A stretch of 64,000 nucleotides of DNA from Dicyema japonicum (GCA_011109175.1 RDEW01000023.1:1-64000), one strand, 5' to 3'; positions 1 to 12,520 are shown, numbered from the stretch's first letter. Notes: generated from the sequence alone by a model not told the origin. A program made the numbers and translations.

Positions 1-52
1 TTAATAATATTATTTTATTAATCATAGTTTTATTAATCGTAACACTTGTCCA

Positions 53-667
53 ATGTTAGTGGTGTTATTGTTAGTAACATTAATCACTAATGAAGATTAC
101 TCATTCGAACTGGCGGATGGTCAAATGGAATGCTTTGGTCAGTTCTTAAAGGCTAACATGCCTTTGGAGTTTATTTACCAAGTAAGTATAACATTCATTG
201 TAGGTGTATTCGGGAGTCAACAATGAATTGGATGTATTCATATACAGACCCGACCATATACTACTAAAATCCTTTAGTAAGGAGTCCTACGGATATCTTG
301 ATGATGATATTAAACAAGAGGGATTCTACAGATTTTGCTTTGACAACAGTTTTTCCTACAGTTCGCACAAACTGGTGCACTTTAGTTTCAACCACTGGGA
401 TCACGAAGATGACGAGGAGTTGAACTCAGTGGGGGTCCTCAGTCAGGCAGAACATAGTTTATCGAAAATGCATAATTTATTGGAGACAATTGGGAGTGAC
501 ATTAAGGAAATTTCTATTATGGAGAGGAATGATGAAAATTATGCGGATATCATATTTAACTCAATTCTGACATGGGGATGGTTAACTTTGTGGCTATTGT
601 GGCGATTCAGGTGACCTACATTCTTTTTGTGAGGGATTTTTTTAGTGGGAGAAGAAGTTTGGGTTGA
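53..667 (+). CDS. p24/emp24/gp25L (TMED) family cargo receptor; 2 exons (53-181, 204-667), 22-nt intron, apparent 1-nt frameshift near 590
   Basis: ATG 53 gives signal peptide MLVVLLLVTLIT then YSFELADGQMECF. Intron gtaagt...tgtag at 182-203. GOLD motifs EGFYRFCFDNSFS and HKLVHF. The shifted frame gives the expected TM/tail VAIVAIQVTYILFVRDFFSGRRSLG*. Confidence 0.85.
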
Positions 668-769
668 TTTTTGGGTTATTATTTACTTTTAATGTTTCTA
701 TATAAGTTAGTTATATGTGCATGGTTATGTATTCTGGGGGATAATAGGAAATTATTATTGTCTAAATCC

Positions 770-1530
770 TCTTCTGTCCAAAAAGTGTTCCATGGAGAGT
801 TTTAGTATTCGCGATCTAAACCATACCTCTATTCTCCTCACTAATTCCTTTAGTCTCCCTTTGAAAGCGCATGTGACTTGGACATATTATGACATCAGCC
901 GCATAAATCAGTGGTCTCGTAGTTGAAAAGGTCGGATTTGCAATTGTCTGAGGGATAATGGAAGATGATGTAGGATTGCTTATTCCCCTAACTCGTAACG
1001 ATGTAAAATGTAAACTCTTCTGTGGTAGCATTCACTAATACAAAATTGCGTGATTTATTATTGGATTTGTAGTACGTGCATATTGGGGGTTGTTTATTTA
1101 TGCCTTAAAGAATTAGGAATATTTGTAGATCGGCTTGATATGTTGTTGGCTAGCTCGTTATTTCTAAGACGCTATGTTACATTTTTATGAAAAGATAACA
1201 AATTCATAGGTATCTCAAACACGGGCAACTAGACTTGATCAAAACTGGGGCGGATTACCTTTTCTTTGGTTGATATGAAAAGTAATCCTTGTTGTGTTAT
1301 GTTCAGTATATAAACGTTTTATAAACTCCATGTGGTGATCTCAGTCCACTTGTCTAATATTGAAGGCCAGGAAAAACATCGACTGTTTTTTCGAAACCAT
1401 ACAGATTTTTCATCTGTGTATGTGGTCACTCCCAATATCCGTCGAAAAACTGGATGCTCCGCGTTAGATAAGGTGCGGAACCAGGAAAACTCCTGCCTTG
1501 TCTCCATGAAGGTTCATTTTCGATAGATTT
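770..1530 (-). other. Possible unidentified intron-containing gene or gene remnant
   Basis: Open segments 816-1031 and 1319-1507 are separated by short GT..AG stretches, but I could not build a consistent model or recognise a family. Confidence 0.25.
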
Positions 1531-1645
1531 ATTCCCCATGCGTTGCAATTTATTTAAGTAATAATGGGGTCACCGAGAAAGAAAGACAATAAAAGGTCAA
1601 ACTATTAGGTGACCCCTTTCACCAAGATCAGTCATATCATCCTTT

Positions 1646-1810
1646 GTCTAGATCAGTGGTTCTCAACCTTTTTTGGTCGTGGACCCCTTGTGAGTGAATA
1701 AAAAAATTTGCGGACCCCAACATATTTTTACAAGTTTTTTGTCAAAAAATTATTACTTTTCTAAAAACAATTTATATGTACCCATTTTATTTAACAAACA
1801 ATAAAAAAGT
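1646..1810 (+). mobile_element. hAT (Charlie/Buster-type) transposon terminus
   Basis: CAGTGGTTCTCAACCTT at 1654 is a typical Charlie/Buster TIR. It is preceded by GTCTAGAT, matching the nTCTAGAn target preference. Confidence 0.7.
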
Positions 1811-1818
1811 TAATATAT

Positions 1819-3510
1819 TTAATAATCAACAACCTTCCTAACCTGCCTGTTCGCCAGGTTCGATTCTGGTTGCTGAGACAACTCCGATAGCTCCTTGTCC
1901 AATTGAACCATCTTCCCATATGACATCTCAGGTCTGCCTCTATACTCCAGTGTCAAGCTCTCTAGGGTCCGCTTTAACACAGTGGACTGTAGATAGGCCT
2001 GGAGCTTCCTATCTACCCCCAACTGCTTCAGATAACCCTTGTGATACTTTGTTGCAATTCCTTCCCACGTAATTACTATAGGAATAACGAGGACCTTGCA
2101 ACCAAGCATCTGCCCCATCTCGTTTGCAAGAAAGTCATACTTCCTTTTTTTCTCCACCTCCACAGTCAGCAAACGGTCTTGAAACGTGATGGCAACCTCT
2201 ATGATAAGGACTTGGCCAGACTCCTTATCGTCTACCAAAATGTCCGGTTTACTGTGCTTGACTAGCACCGATCTACGGATAACACTGTCTACCTTAATTT
2301 GGACCCTGGTGTTTTCTACTACAGATTGCACCTTATGAGTCCGCAACTTTCTGGTGTGGCGAATACTTATTGACTTACAGTGGGGACATGTATTTGTTGA
2401 TCGACCCCAAAAAATATTGCGGTCTTGCATATACGTGTACAACGCCTCCGATCGAGGTGAGTTGTCACCGTATTTTAGCCATATTGTCGACGACTTAAGG
2501 TCGACATGTGGGTTGTCCAATGCTCTGAAGAGGACCTTATGAAGGCTTTTTAAGTTGATCTTTTCCATCAAATTATTATATTGTAATTCGATCAACGCCT
2601 TCACATTTACTAGCCCACCATCATCAACACCATACTTAGCAGACAAAAAAGGTCTGATAGTGCCTAGGTGGGTTGCCCGTGTTTTCTCGGTCGTTATTAT
2701 GGCGTGCTTCCTAGCAGACACACTTGACCCAGCTATCAGGGTGTCGTGCATTCGCATTAGGATGCGCTCACTTAGTTGGACTACTCCACACAGTCCACGG
2801 CCGAATTTATCACGGGGTAAATATAGTCTCTCCTTATTGGCTGCCAGCACATGGACATGGTTCTCTCTGAGTACTCCACGGATCATAACATCCATCTCAT
2901 CATACTATTTGGGCTCAAACTCCACAACACCTATGTAGTAGTTTAGCAGCGAGATAGCATACTCATTTAATGCTAGGAACAAATTCCTTGCATTTAGAGA
3001 CGTCTTACACAATAAAGCTGCTTTTTACGGATGCCTTCAGTCTCAGGCATTATAAGGGACTTTGGAGATTCGGTAACACCCAGATACTTATATCCTTCGT
3101 GTTCCTCTAGGACTCTTACTAACTCGCTACATACTTGCGTGTTAGTCGCAGACTTTGAATAATTCAAATCTAGTCCTATGCTCTCAAAGAATTCCCTGGC
3201 ACAGACCCCCATGGAGTAGAGCTCCTCGGCTGTTCGAGCATACATCTTCAGGTCATCGATAATGTATTGGGTTTAATAAGACATCTACGATTAAATTTTC
3301 ATGCCGGATGACTCGCCTATGTGGTGGCATCGCTCTCTTGAAGTGTTGGAAAAGAGTCTTAAACTCCCTATCCCGCAACCATGGAGGCTCGTATGGTGTC
3401 GGATCCTGCTCCTTTCCTGTGGAGATGTGGGGGAAAATCCTAGACCAGATCTAGTCATAATACAAATTAACATAAAATTGGAATTCTTAAGGCTTTTACG
3501 CGACCATCGT
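1819..3510 (-). mobile_element. R4/Dong-like non-LTR retrotransposon (RT C-half, zinc knuckle, restriction-like endonuclease), 5'-truncated
   Basis: YIIDDLKMY RT motif (~3250), GYKYLG, ERLYLPR..GRGL, CPHC..H knuckle, and KPDILV...LIIEVAIT PD-(D/E)xK nuclease in the 358-aa ORF 1819-2895. Confidence 0.85.
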
Positions 3511-3559
3511 TAGAGCTTCTATACAAAGAATTTGTTCTACTGAGTATCGAGTGCGCCTG

Positions 3560-4060
3560 TGCTGCATGGATTATCCCTTTATCACTATCGCACAGAGCAA
3601 GCTGGAAGTGTTATTTAGGGTCCTGGCTCAATGCCTTCCCATACGGGCATTTGGTACTCGACTAAAATACAATCCGCGTTTGAGTTACTCTTTGGCTAGG
3701 CCTTGACGTCTGCTTGCAACACCAATGCCGATGTGATGGTTGAAGGAAAAAGATGGGGTGCGTCATAAACGGATACTATCAAATGGGAATTTGCTCAAGT
3801 CATCGTTGCACACGGTTCCAGAGCAAGCACTGTTGAGTGTTTGAAAAGCCGAAAGTACCACGGCATTGTTGACCGGTTCATTTTCCAGCCAATCACGTTA
3901 AGACATTTGGCGTCATTGGTCCGAGCACGTCTTTAGCATAAGAATGAACCTAGATGATGCAATGGCTTTTCCAGAACATTGGGATTGCAGTTATGAGTGG
4001 TAACTCCCATTGTGTGCTTAAAGCATGCAGACCATAGTGGAGACCTGTCACAACAACTTT
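3560..4060 (+). mobile_element. Degenerate CRE-clade retroelement 3' relic
   Basis: GSWLNA.P, RFIFQPI.L.TFG.IG and GIAVM.GNSHCV-like remnants, homologous to the ORF at 32905-33603. Confidence 0.6.
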
Positions 4061-4089
4061 ATTTTATTAATAAAAATTAATTTAAATGT

Positions 4090-4572
4090 TCAAATAAAAG
4101 CATTACGGAAAGTAGTGTTTGACTGGGCGTAAAATACAATGATTGCATTCTTATTGGTAGTATTAGTGAGTGAATATGAGTTACCTAATAATAAATTAAT
4201 GACTGACCTGCCTTTACGTTAAAATACGAATATTGGTTTGCCTGTGTTGGAGGACTGTCATTTATTTGTAATTTTACTGATCCTTCGTTTATAACACAAG
4301 ACTATGTTATAATAATAATAACTAGGTCTATGTTGTCCAAATTGCACATTTCTTTCCTTTTTGAACCATATATTATCATCTCCCCTGAGGCTATTCCATT
4401 TCTTCCACTCATGGGAAACATGAATATTTCGTACGAGTCACATTTGTGGTGCAAATCATTTTTGTTAAGAACGTGACCTGTCAGTTAATCGAAATTACAA
4501 CATTTTGATGAAATCTTTGTTTTCTTCTTAGACCGTGCATCCTTCTAAAAATAACAATAATCACACCACCAT
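4090..4572 (-). CDS. ~129-aa CENP-C/Mif2-type cupin-domain protein; 5 exons, introns 25/24/21/23 nt
   Basis: Removing introns 4545-4569, 4478-4501, 4302-4322 and 4185-4207 gives an open frame ...GIASGEMIIYGSKRKEMCNLDNIDLSCVINEGSVKLQIND...YFNVKAGNSYSLTNTTNKNAIIVFYAQ, which follows the CENP-C C-terminal cupin pattern (G.L.L, G.V.V.I, F.VP.GN.Y.I.N....A.L.F). Confidence 0.65.
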
Positions 4573-5269
4573 ATTTAAAAACGAACCGCCTTTTATTATT
4601 TAAATTATTTAGTATAAATATTATTTAATTAATTATAATATATTATTAGCCACGCAGTCAGGGCAGCCGCTAAATAACCGTTTACTCTTTTTTACAAATA
4701 AAATCTACAGAAATCGTCACCTCAATTGACAAGATATATTATTTATCCAAATCATTGAAAATTATCTAATTCAAAATTTCTTGTCTAAAGACATAATACA
4801 GACCAATATCCATACTATGTACTTCTTAGATCAAGTTCACCCACATCTTTCCGTGGTACCATTGACAGCACGGTTTGAAAAAGACTTATCGGCTATTAAA
4901 CATTATTGAAAAGGGTCAATTTTACCTTGGATGGTCTCCAATCAAACCTTTGCCTCCTGAAAACTTTAATTTAGTGATTTTATAAGGTTTTTAATTCTGT
5001 TTCAGAAAATCTTTATGATAAAGAGTTTCTTGAAATTCAAAACATTCAAATGATTGTTTGATAACTTAACAACGACCTACTAATACTATTATACAGATGA
5101 CACGATCCTTACATTGACAACTGTGTCTAACAACCAGCTGGATATAAAAAACAACGAGATATTTAATTTATTAACTCAGGGAATTACACTAGAGTTTTCT
5201 GTAAGGCTTCGATTTGAAGAATGCCTGATTTTACCAAAAACACATCTGCTCTCATTTGAAGGACCAACC

Positions 5270-5660
5270 AGTAGGAATTTCGTGGGATCACACAAAGTAT
5301 ATAATAAACGAAGCAGCAAGCCAGTACCTCGGCACGCGGGAGATGGCCAGTAAGGGTCGGACGACACATACAGAACTAGTAAAGAAGCTAGCAAAGGAGT
5401 TAAAAGAAATCCATACAAAAAAAACTAAACGAAAAAGACACTCCTCCAATGCAAAACGGTTTCGTGGAAGACCAGAACTACCCTCCCGGTCGTTCTACAA
5501 AACGATCTGAAAGCCGTGAAGAAAACATTGGCATCTGGTGACGATCTGGACTCACTGAGGGACCTAGCAAAGAACAGAAGAGTTTGGAGCAACCTAACTA
5601 ATTCTCATATTTTTTGCTGCACATAAATATTATGGCTCTCGTGAAAGTGCTAATAATATC
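5270..5660 (+). mobile_element. RTE-like (family B) 3' fragment
   Basis: FRGRPRTTLP..LQNDLK..DDL..LRDLA.NR..W plus the conserved 3' tail; nearly identical to 53520-53710. Confidence 0.8.
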
Positions 5661-5916
5661 AATTTCTACTTCAAATATAAGGACTTGCGACTGTGAACGT
5701 GCTTCACATTACTTTAATATTTCCAAGTGTTGTAGTAAGAATATTTAATCTTTTAATGACAACCTCTCCGCTGGAGTAAAGAAGAGAAAGATCCTTTTTG
5801 GAAACCAGCAGGTAAATGACATTTTTGATTTGTGTGGATTCAATGACATTTTTAGGAATTGAAGAAGGCAAGAAAAAAACCCAAAGACAATAAATAAACC
5901 CATTTATTGTTAAATA

Positions 5917-7364
5917 TTACTCAAATTCGTTAATTGTGTAGTTTAAAACTGATTTTTGAATATAATTAAGGGAGTCAAAAAAATCAGAATTATCATAGTT
6001 TATTCTAAACAGACCTTCAAATTTTTTACTATTTTCAATCAAGTAAATTGCTTTGTCGTATTGCTTGGATTCCACAATATACGATAGGACAGGATTTACA
6101 TCGTTGTTACATTTTTCCAACATTGTACAGATCCTGGGAGTTATATTCACCCTTGTGTGTCACAGTTCGAATACCTTTTATTCAAAATTACTTGTTTCAG
6201 TAATTTATGATCATTATTTTCAAGTAAGTACTCAACAAGACACTCTGATAGTTCTCTACTCCACTTTATCTGTTCGTAGCTTCCATTCGCTAGAGCTTCA
6301 CAATATAGCATCCCCACGTGGTTAGTGTCCGAGGCTTCTAATAATAAGGAAAATAACTACCATTTTTAAATTTATTGAAAATATCAACATTTCTGAGAAT
6401 AGGACAGTGAACTGCTATTAAAGCAGCCTTTTTGTATTTTTTACCGTCAAAGTGATGATAAAACAGTTTTATATATTTGTTGATGTTTTCCTGCATTTTT
6501 TCATAATTTATATCCAATTCGTCTATAATTAATACATTTTACGCCTATTTCTAGGAGATCCTGGGTTTTTATTGAATCACAGAGATTACCGACTATATTG
6601 ATGTTGGATGGAAGCCCACTCTCGATGTGACTTTTAGCAATATTGATCACATTCATCATTTTTTCTTCTCGGCACTTTAGAATCCGGTTTTGGGCCAACA
6701 ATTTGTCTCGTTCTTTGGTAGTGTCCACCAAAAAGTCAATGCCCGTTGTCCACTCGTCATTTGAAACAAAATATCTCTTCTTAAAATTCAACTTTTCTAA
6801 CTCCTGGTCGATCCTCACACCTTTTTCGATTAAATACTCAATGTCAGCGTCTTTCTCATCAGAAATTTCTTAACTAAAGAAACATGGAAATACTTAAGTG
6901 ACCCGACCCTGACGGATTGTTCCTTTCCCTTCGTAGATTGTAAATTTTCTCATTTTGACTGTCAACCAAGTTTTGAACAAACTCACAATCTAGTTTCAGG
7001 TTGTTATTCTCAGATTTTAAATCATCATATCTGGTGGATGAAGCAAATGTAAACTTTTCTTGTAGGTCTTCATAGGCATCTTGATAGTTTTGATTATTTT
7101 GATGATTGAGGAGTATCCTCCGATCCTGCAGGAGCTTTTCATTCCTTAACTGAATTTCGTTTCTGATGTGTTTGAAAAATTCGTTATACTCGGTGTTGAT
7201 TTTCTGACATATTTTTATAGTTTCTCATTTCACCAATCAACTTTGGTAATGTCATGACTTACAATTTCAAATTGTTCGTTTGTCTCAACTATTATTTCTT
7301 GATAGTCTTTATCCCCAATCAGGGAGTTTAGGTTTTCCTGTATTTTGTAGTAATTCCTTAACAT
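5917..7364 (-). CDS. CLHC1: Clathrin heavy chain linker domain-containing protein (CLHC1-like), multi-exon, one apparent 1-nt indel near 7230
   Basis: N-terminal coiled coil followed by FDGKKYKKAALIAVHCPILRNVDIFNKFK...LSECLVEYLLENNDHKLLKQVILNKR, which parallels the clathrin linker (F..G.Y..AA..AA..P.GILR...ESLEL.R.VL...K.LL..W). Joined through 20-29-nt introns. Confidence 0.55.
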
Positions 7365-7499
7365 TGCCTATTAGAATCCCCTTGGTTACACTACGATTAT
7401 TACTTTCTATAATTATTCATAAATTTTATTACTGCATAGTCCTTGGCAACCACTTGGGTCTCCTGTTCGTAATGGAAACTCACTATTTATTTATTGAAA

Positions 7500-9560
7500 A
7501 ACCCAAAGACCACCAATCAATTCGCTAAATTAAGTTATCTTAGCCTCCAACATATCTCGATTTCTCTTCTAATGCTTTGCCAACCGCGTTCCTGAAGTGT
7601 CTTCATTTATTTCTGCAGAGGAATTCTATCGGAGTGCACTTTTTAATGCCAATCTGAATTCCTACGCATGAACCGCTCTCTCTGAATGGGATTCCTAGCT
7701 CCTTGCATATATGTAGTAAGCCCTGGCCATTTCTTACCGTCGCCTTTTCTGAAAGGAGACTGTGGACGGATATGGTGTCTGATTGCATATTTCGCATGAT
7801 TCTCCGCCTGAGAGAGTTAATACGCTCGACTCTCGTAGAAGGAATAGCGAATTTCCAAGCATAACAGGCATATTCAACCGTCAGCACAATGACTAGAAGA
7901 TATAATTTGCTGATACAAGCAGTAGGTGGGAAGGGGCTCGTCTTTATAATGGCTTTTAATACGTTCCATTTTCAAAGACCTTTGGTTAATAAATAAATAG
8001 AGACCCTTGGTTAAAATTTCCTCCATGTGACTGGAGAACGTCATAAGAGAGTCGATTGTCACTCAAAGGAAGGAGACTTGTCCTTGCAGCAATAATTAGG
8101 TCGTCCGCGTAAGATAAAAACAGTGTCCTGATCATGATAGTAGATAAATCGTGTAGAAATATGTTAAATAAGAGAGGAGACAGAAAGGAGCTTTGTGGGA
8201 CCCCATTCGGGAGTAATTTTGATTTTGAAGTAATTTTTCCAATTCGGACTCTTCCATGTCGGCCATTTAAAGAAATTTTCAAGCCATAGCATGATGTTCG
8301 GATGTAAGTTTTTAGTTTAAGATCTTCTTTGTTAGGAGTGTCATCGGAACCGTGTGGAAGGCTTTCTGTATATCTATAGACATCAGAGCCGTCCGTAAGT
8401 GCGTCTTCATGTTGAAGACGTCTGTGATGAACTGGGAAACAGATTCCTAATGCGTCGTTGTAGAACGGCTAGATCTGAAGCCATGTTGAAAATCAGGAAA
8501 TTGTAGAACTGAAAAGATTAACATTAGTACAAGTTTTTTTAACACTTTTGACAAGGCATAAGTTATAGAGACATGGTGGTAAGAGGATGGTCTTTTGATT
8601 TACAGGCTTGAAGATTGGAGTAATTCTTCCATATATTTGGTATTGTGTGGGAATTTATAAAATAGTTATACAGTCTTGATAACATGATAAAGTCATTGGT
8701 GTTTGATATGAATAGCACAGACACCGTCGGGGCCACAGGCTCGGGTAGAAATTCTTTTTCACATCGTAGGTAGTGAAGAATGTAGTATATCCTGTCTTTG
8801 TGGACCACATCGTTTGTCATGCAGAGAGCAAAAGAATTTCTGGCTGATCGACAAATAGTATTTCATAAGGTTATTAGCAATTTTCCGTGCGTGTTACGGG
8901 ACAAGGGTAACGATTTCTACTCCGCCGCCATCTTTCTTTGTGAGGATGTTGATACTTCTTAGTGTCTTCCAGAAAGTTCCAAATGTGTTCTTGTGGCATA
9001 TTTGACCAACAAGCCGACTCCACTAGTGTCTGGTTAGCATGAATTAGTCGGGAAATTCTGTGATTTTGAGAGCGTGTGGACTATATAGAGCCATCTGATT
9101 GCATTCCGGTTTTCTTCAAAGCATCCCGTTTCTTGATAAATTCCAGAATGCCCAAAAATGGTTTCGGATAGAATTTTATGTAAGAGGATAATGTGATGAA
9201 CATTCATTTCGAATAACTTGACATTGTGGCTGTCTTGTCAACAGGGAAGTCTTCCACAGCGAGGCCCAATAGATAATTATTCACATATGTGCTGAATCCA
9301 AACCAATTTGCCTTCGAATAGTTTTTTGAACTTTGTAGAACATCTTGGCAGATAAATAGATCTTTTGAGTTTCAACACAATTGGGTTATGGTCGCTTGTA
9401 AAACCATAACTTAGGTTCTACATCACCAGACAGAGTAGTAAAGAGAAAACGGGGAATTGGTAGGCCACCCTTCTGAAGGTCTTAAAAGGGTAGAGAAGGT
9501 CGAACGGTTTTCTTCCATCACATGTTTTGACGTTAAAGTAGAGAATATAGAAATCATCAA
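7500..9560 (-). mobile_element. Family A single-ORF APE-RT non-LTR element (Ingi/Vingi-like), degenerate
   Basis: EEP remnants (KGGL, DHNPI), RT LPNGVPQ.SFLSPLLFNIF and SYADDL, C-terminal VEYACYAW, ending in the family A stop/tail motif near 7540. Confidence 0.8.
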
Positions 9561-9881
9561 AATCTCAATCCCTGTAACTACCTGTCTGGTAAATGAGCCA
9601 CTATATAGAAAAATTAGTTTCAAAGAACTGACTGTTTTACTCAGATACTCTGTCTACTCAAATATGTTCCCAAAATATAGATTGATGGTTCGGACTCTCT
9701 CAGAGATCAGTCAGATGTATATATATAAAATGCATTGAACTAACTTAATTTTTAACAAAAAAAGTTAAGTGCATAAAAATATAAGAAAATTTAATTCAAA
9801 GTTATAATGTTCAATGATGGTTAGATTTCTTGAGATTTTGTTTTTTCTGTCCCAAATTTGAATCATTGTTGACGGATTCTT

Positions 9882-11014
9882 TCAAAGGCTTGGTCCCCAC
9901 GTGTGGGTAGTTGTATTGACAGGTTTTGAATATTTTAGAAATCGCTATGATAAAATATAATATTCAAACATAGGCTGAGTAATCAATTTTTTGAGATTTG
10001 ATAAACTGAACCAATATATCTTCCCTCTCCAACCTTTCATCTTCCTTGATTACCCGCGTTGTGTAATTGTCTAACGGTTGAAATCCAACATTATCTTGTT
10101 GGCCCTATTAATCTCAACCGGATGGTACCGATATTTCATTGTTAAATACATCTATGAGGTAATTGATCAAATTATGTGGTAGTTCGTACAGTTTGTCTCC
10201 GTTTTGGATCATAAAGTCAACGATATCTATGCAGTCTTTCATATTATTCATTAAATCAAATTCAATCTGAAATTAGGATTAAATATACAGGAAACAATGT
10301 CGGAGTAAAAACTATGGCCAAATTCTTACTATTCATATTGGGGGACCGATGACCGATTTCATGGAGGAAACAAAATAAGTTGAATATTCCACACTGAATA
10401 TATCTCGGCATTAAACGAATTAAGATTGAGTAAGCAGTCAGTTTGTTGGTTTCTGTACATTCTAAACATTATTCCTAATATCCCACGTGGTGAAATCAGT
10501 CGGATGGCTTCAATAAATTCAAGTGGAATTACTGAAGGCTCAAATGTACGAAGGAGTCGTTTTAATGCACATGCCAACTCATGAATGGTAAAGTAGTTTT
10601 GCACTTTAAGGAACTCATCTTTTTTCAGCAGCTCAATGATCTTTGTGACTTTATCATTGTTTCCACTCAATCTGAAGATTCCCTCCATTAAGTAGTCTAT
10701 GGTAGATTACTCATATGACTACCCTTAAATGATTTAATTTTGTCCATCATCTGTTGGACTCTACTAATCAAGTTTAATTTAACAGAATCTTCTATGCTTA
10801 TCTTATATCTCTTACCTTTAACCACCGTTTTTTTATTGCTAAATTTGTGCATCTTTTTCTTTACTGGTACTTTAATTTCCATGAATTCGTGAACACACTC
10901 AACTTCTATGTACTGAAAGGCATGGATCATCATAACAGTCCTATAACTTTCAGGGTAGTTAATCATCATTGATATAATGAACTCTTCAAGCATCAAACTG
11001 TTCACAGATAACAT
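9882..11014 (-). CDS. RhoGAP-domain protein, multi-exon (termini approximate)
   Basis: EGIFRLSGN arginine finger, LACALKRLLR and NMNSKNLAIVFTPTLF, joined through 23-26-nt introns (e.g. gtagtcatatgagtaatctaccatag). Confidence 0.8.
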
Positions 11015-11229
11015 TTAATGTAACTGAACGAAATACTCAATTTAAATATAACCGGTTCCTTTACGAATATTACTTCCTTAGACTTTGAATGAAATATATA
11101 GTGTTCCTTTACAAATATTACTTCCTCAAACTATATTGATTTAATTACTACTATACTAAAATATTATTAATTCAAACAGCTATAGTAGTTTATTATTTAC
11201 CAATAAATCAATACTTTACAAAAAATGGC

Positions 11230-11780
11230 CAGTAAGGGTCTGCAAAGGCTTTCCCAGACACTTCTAACCCCTACACCAATTGAGGAATTAGTGAGGAAAA
11301 CCGGAGCCTTACTACCTCTAAAAAAGTCCGTCTCCTCTGTCCAGGTTAACCGGTGGAAGTATGGAGGGGCATCCAGCAGACTTCAGGGATCGCTTAACAA
11401 TTCCATTTATCGTATTATGTCTTGGGAATCGTCCTGCAAAAAAGGGCATGATGTCCATAACAGTCGACGGTACCACCGCACCGGCACTTGTGAGTCTGGT
11501 AAATCTTTAGTCAAAGTCTAATGGAGATACCGGTGCGGACAGTGTCGTCGTAAAGGTTGTTCCCGACGCTTTAAACTGGGAGGGCATCTTCCAGTGACTA
11601 GACAGACACGTCCGTGTTGGTTTGATTGGTTCAGAAGCATCTCTTATTTCACAGAAGGGCTTGTAAAGGTATCTGGACACGGGACATATGGAAACCACAC
11701 GAACAGGCCGTGCATTGATCATCCGTTTTCTTCGTTCGAACAAGCCGTGCAGATGTTATCTTATTTTGTAATTTGCCGCA
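11230..11780 (-). mobile_element. CRE-clade 3' fragment
   Basis: DDTVRTGIS.RL, HKCRCGG.VDCYGHHAL, GLDRGDG remnants. Confidence 0.7.
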
Positions 11781-12059
11781 TTTTCTTCCTGATTTTTTTT
11801 TTTTCAACACCGCACCAAGTCGTGCGCAATTCAGTAAATTATCATTAATCTATAAGAAAAGTGACTAATTGATATCCATTGGATAATAGATATCCTATTG
11901 GATGTTGGAGAAAGGATGAGTTGGTGGTAAACTCATAGGTATAGTTAACTACGATAATAGAAAGTTATGATTTATTGGATTTACCGCCCCTTGCATATCT
12001 GTCCTCCTTTTGATCCAGTCAGCTGGTGATCAAAATGATTTCCCAACTCCCAACAAAAT

Positions 12060-12520
12060 CGTCAGAGAGCAGAGATATGGAGCATCTAAGAGTCTAGATG
12101 CCTGAGCAGAAAGACTGTTACAGGTTCATGTGCGAAAATAAATATGAGAGGCTTCTGAACCAATCAAACCAAAATCGACGTGCCTGTCTAGTCACTGGAA
12201 GATGCGAATGGAGTGGTGCTTGGATCAATGGCCTCCCGGTTGATAGCGTCGGGACCCAACTTGATGACGATACTGTCCGCACAGGTATATCCACCAACTT
12301 GGACTGAAGATTTGCCAGACTCACAAATGCCGGTGCGGTGGTATCGTCGACTGTTATGGACATCATGCCTTTTCTTGATTAAGTGCAGGGCGATTCATAA
12401 GAAATAAGGCGATAAATCGAATTGTTAAGCGAGTTCTGGAGTCTGCTGGATACCACTCCACACTTGAATCTGTTGGTCTGGACAGAAGAGACGGAAAACA
12501 GCCGGACGGAATCACAATTT
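12060..12520 (+). mobile_element. CRE-clade 3' fragment, close paralogue of 11230-11780 in opposite orientation
   Basis: SGAWINGLP..VGTQLDDDTVRTGIS, GLDRRDGKQPDG. Confidence 0.75.
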
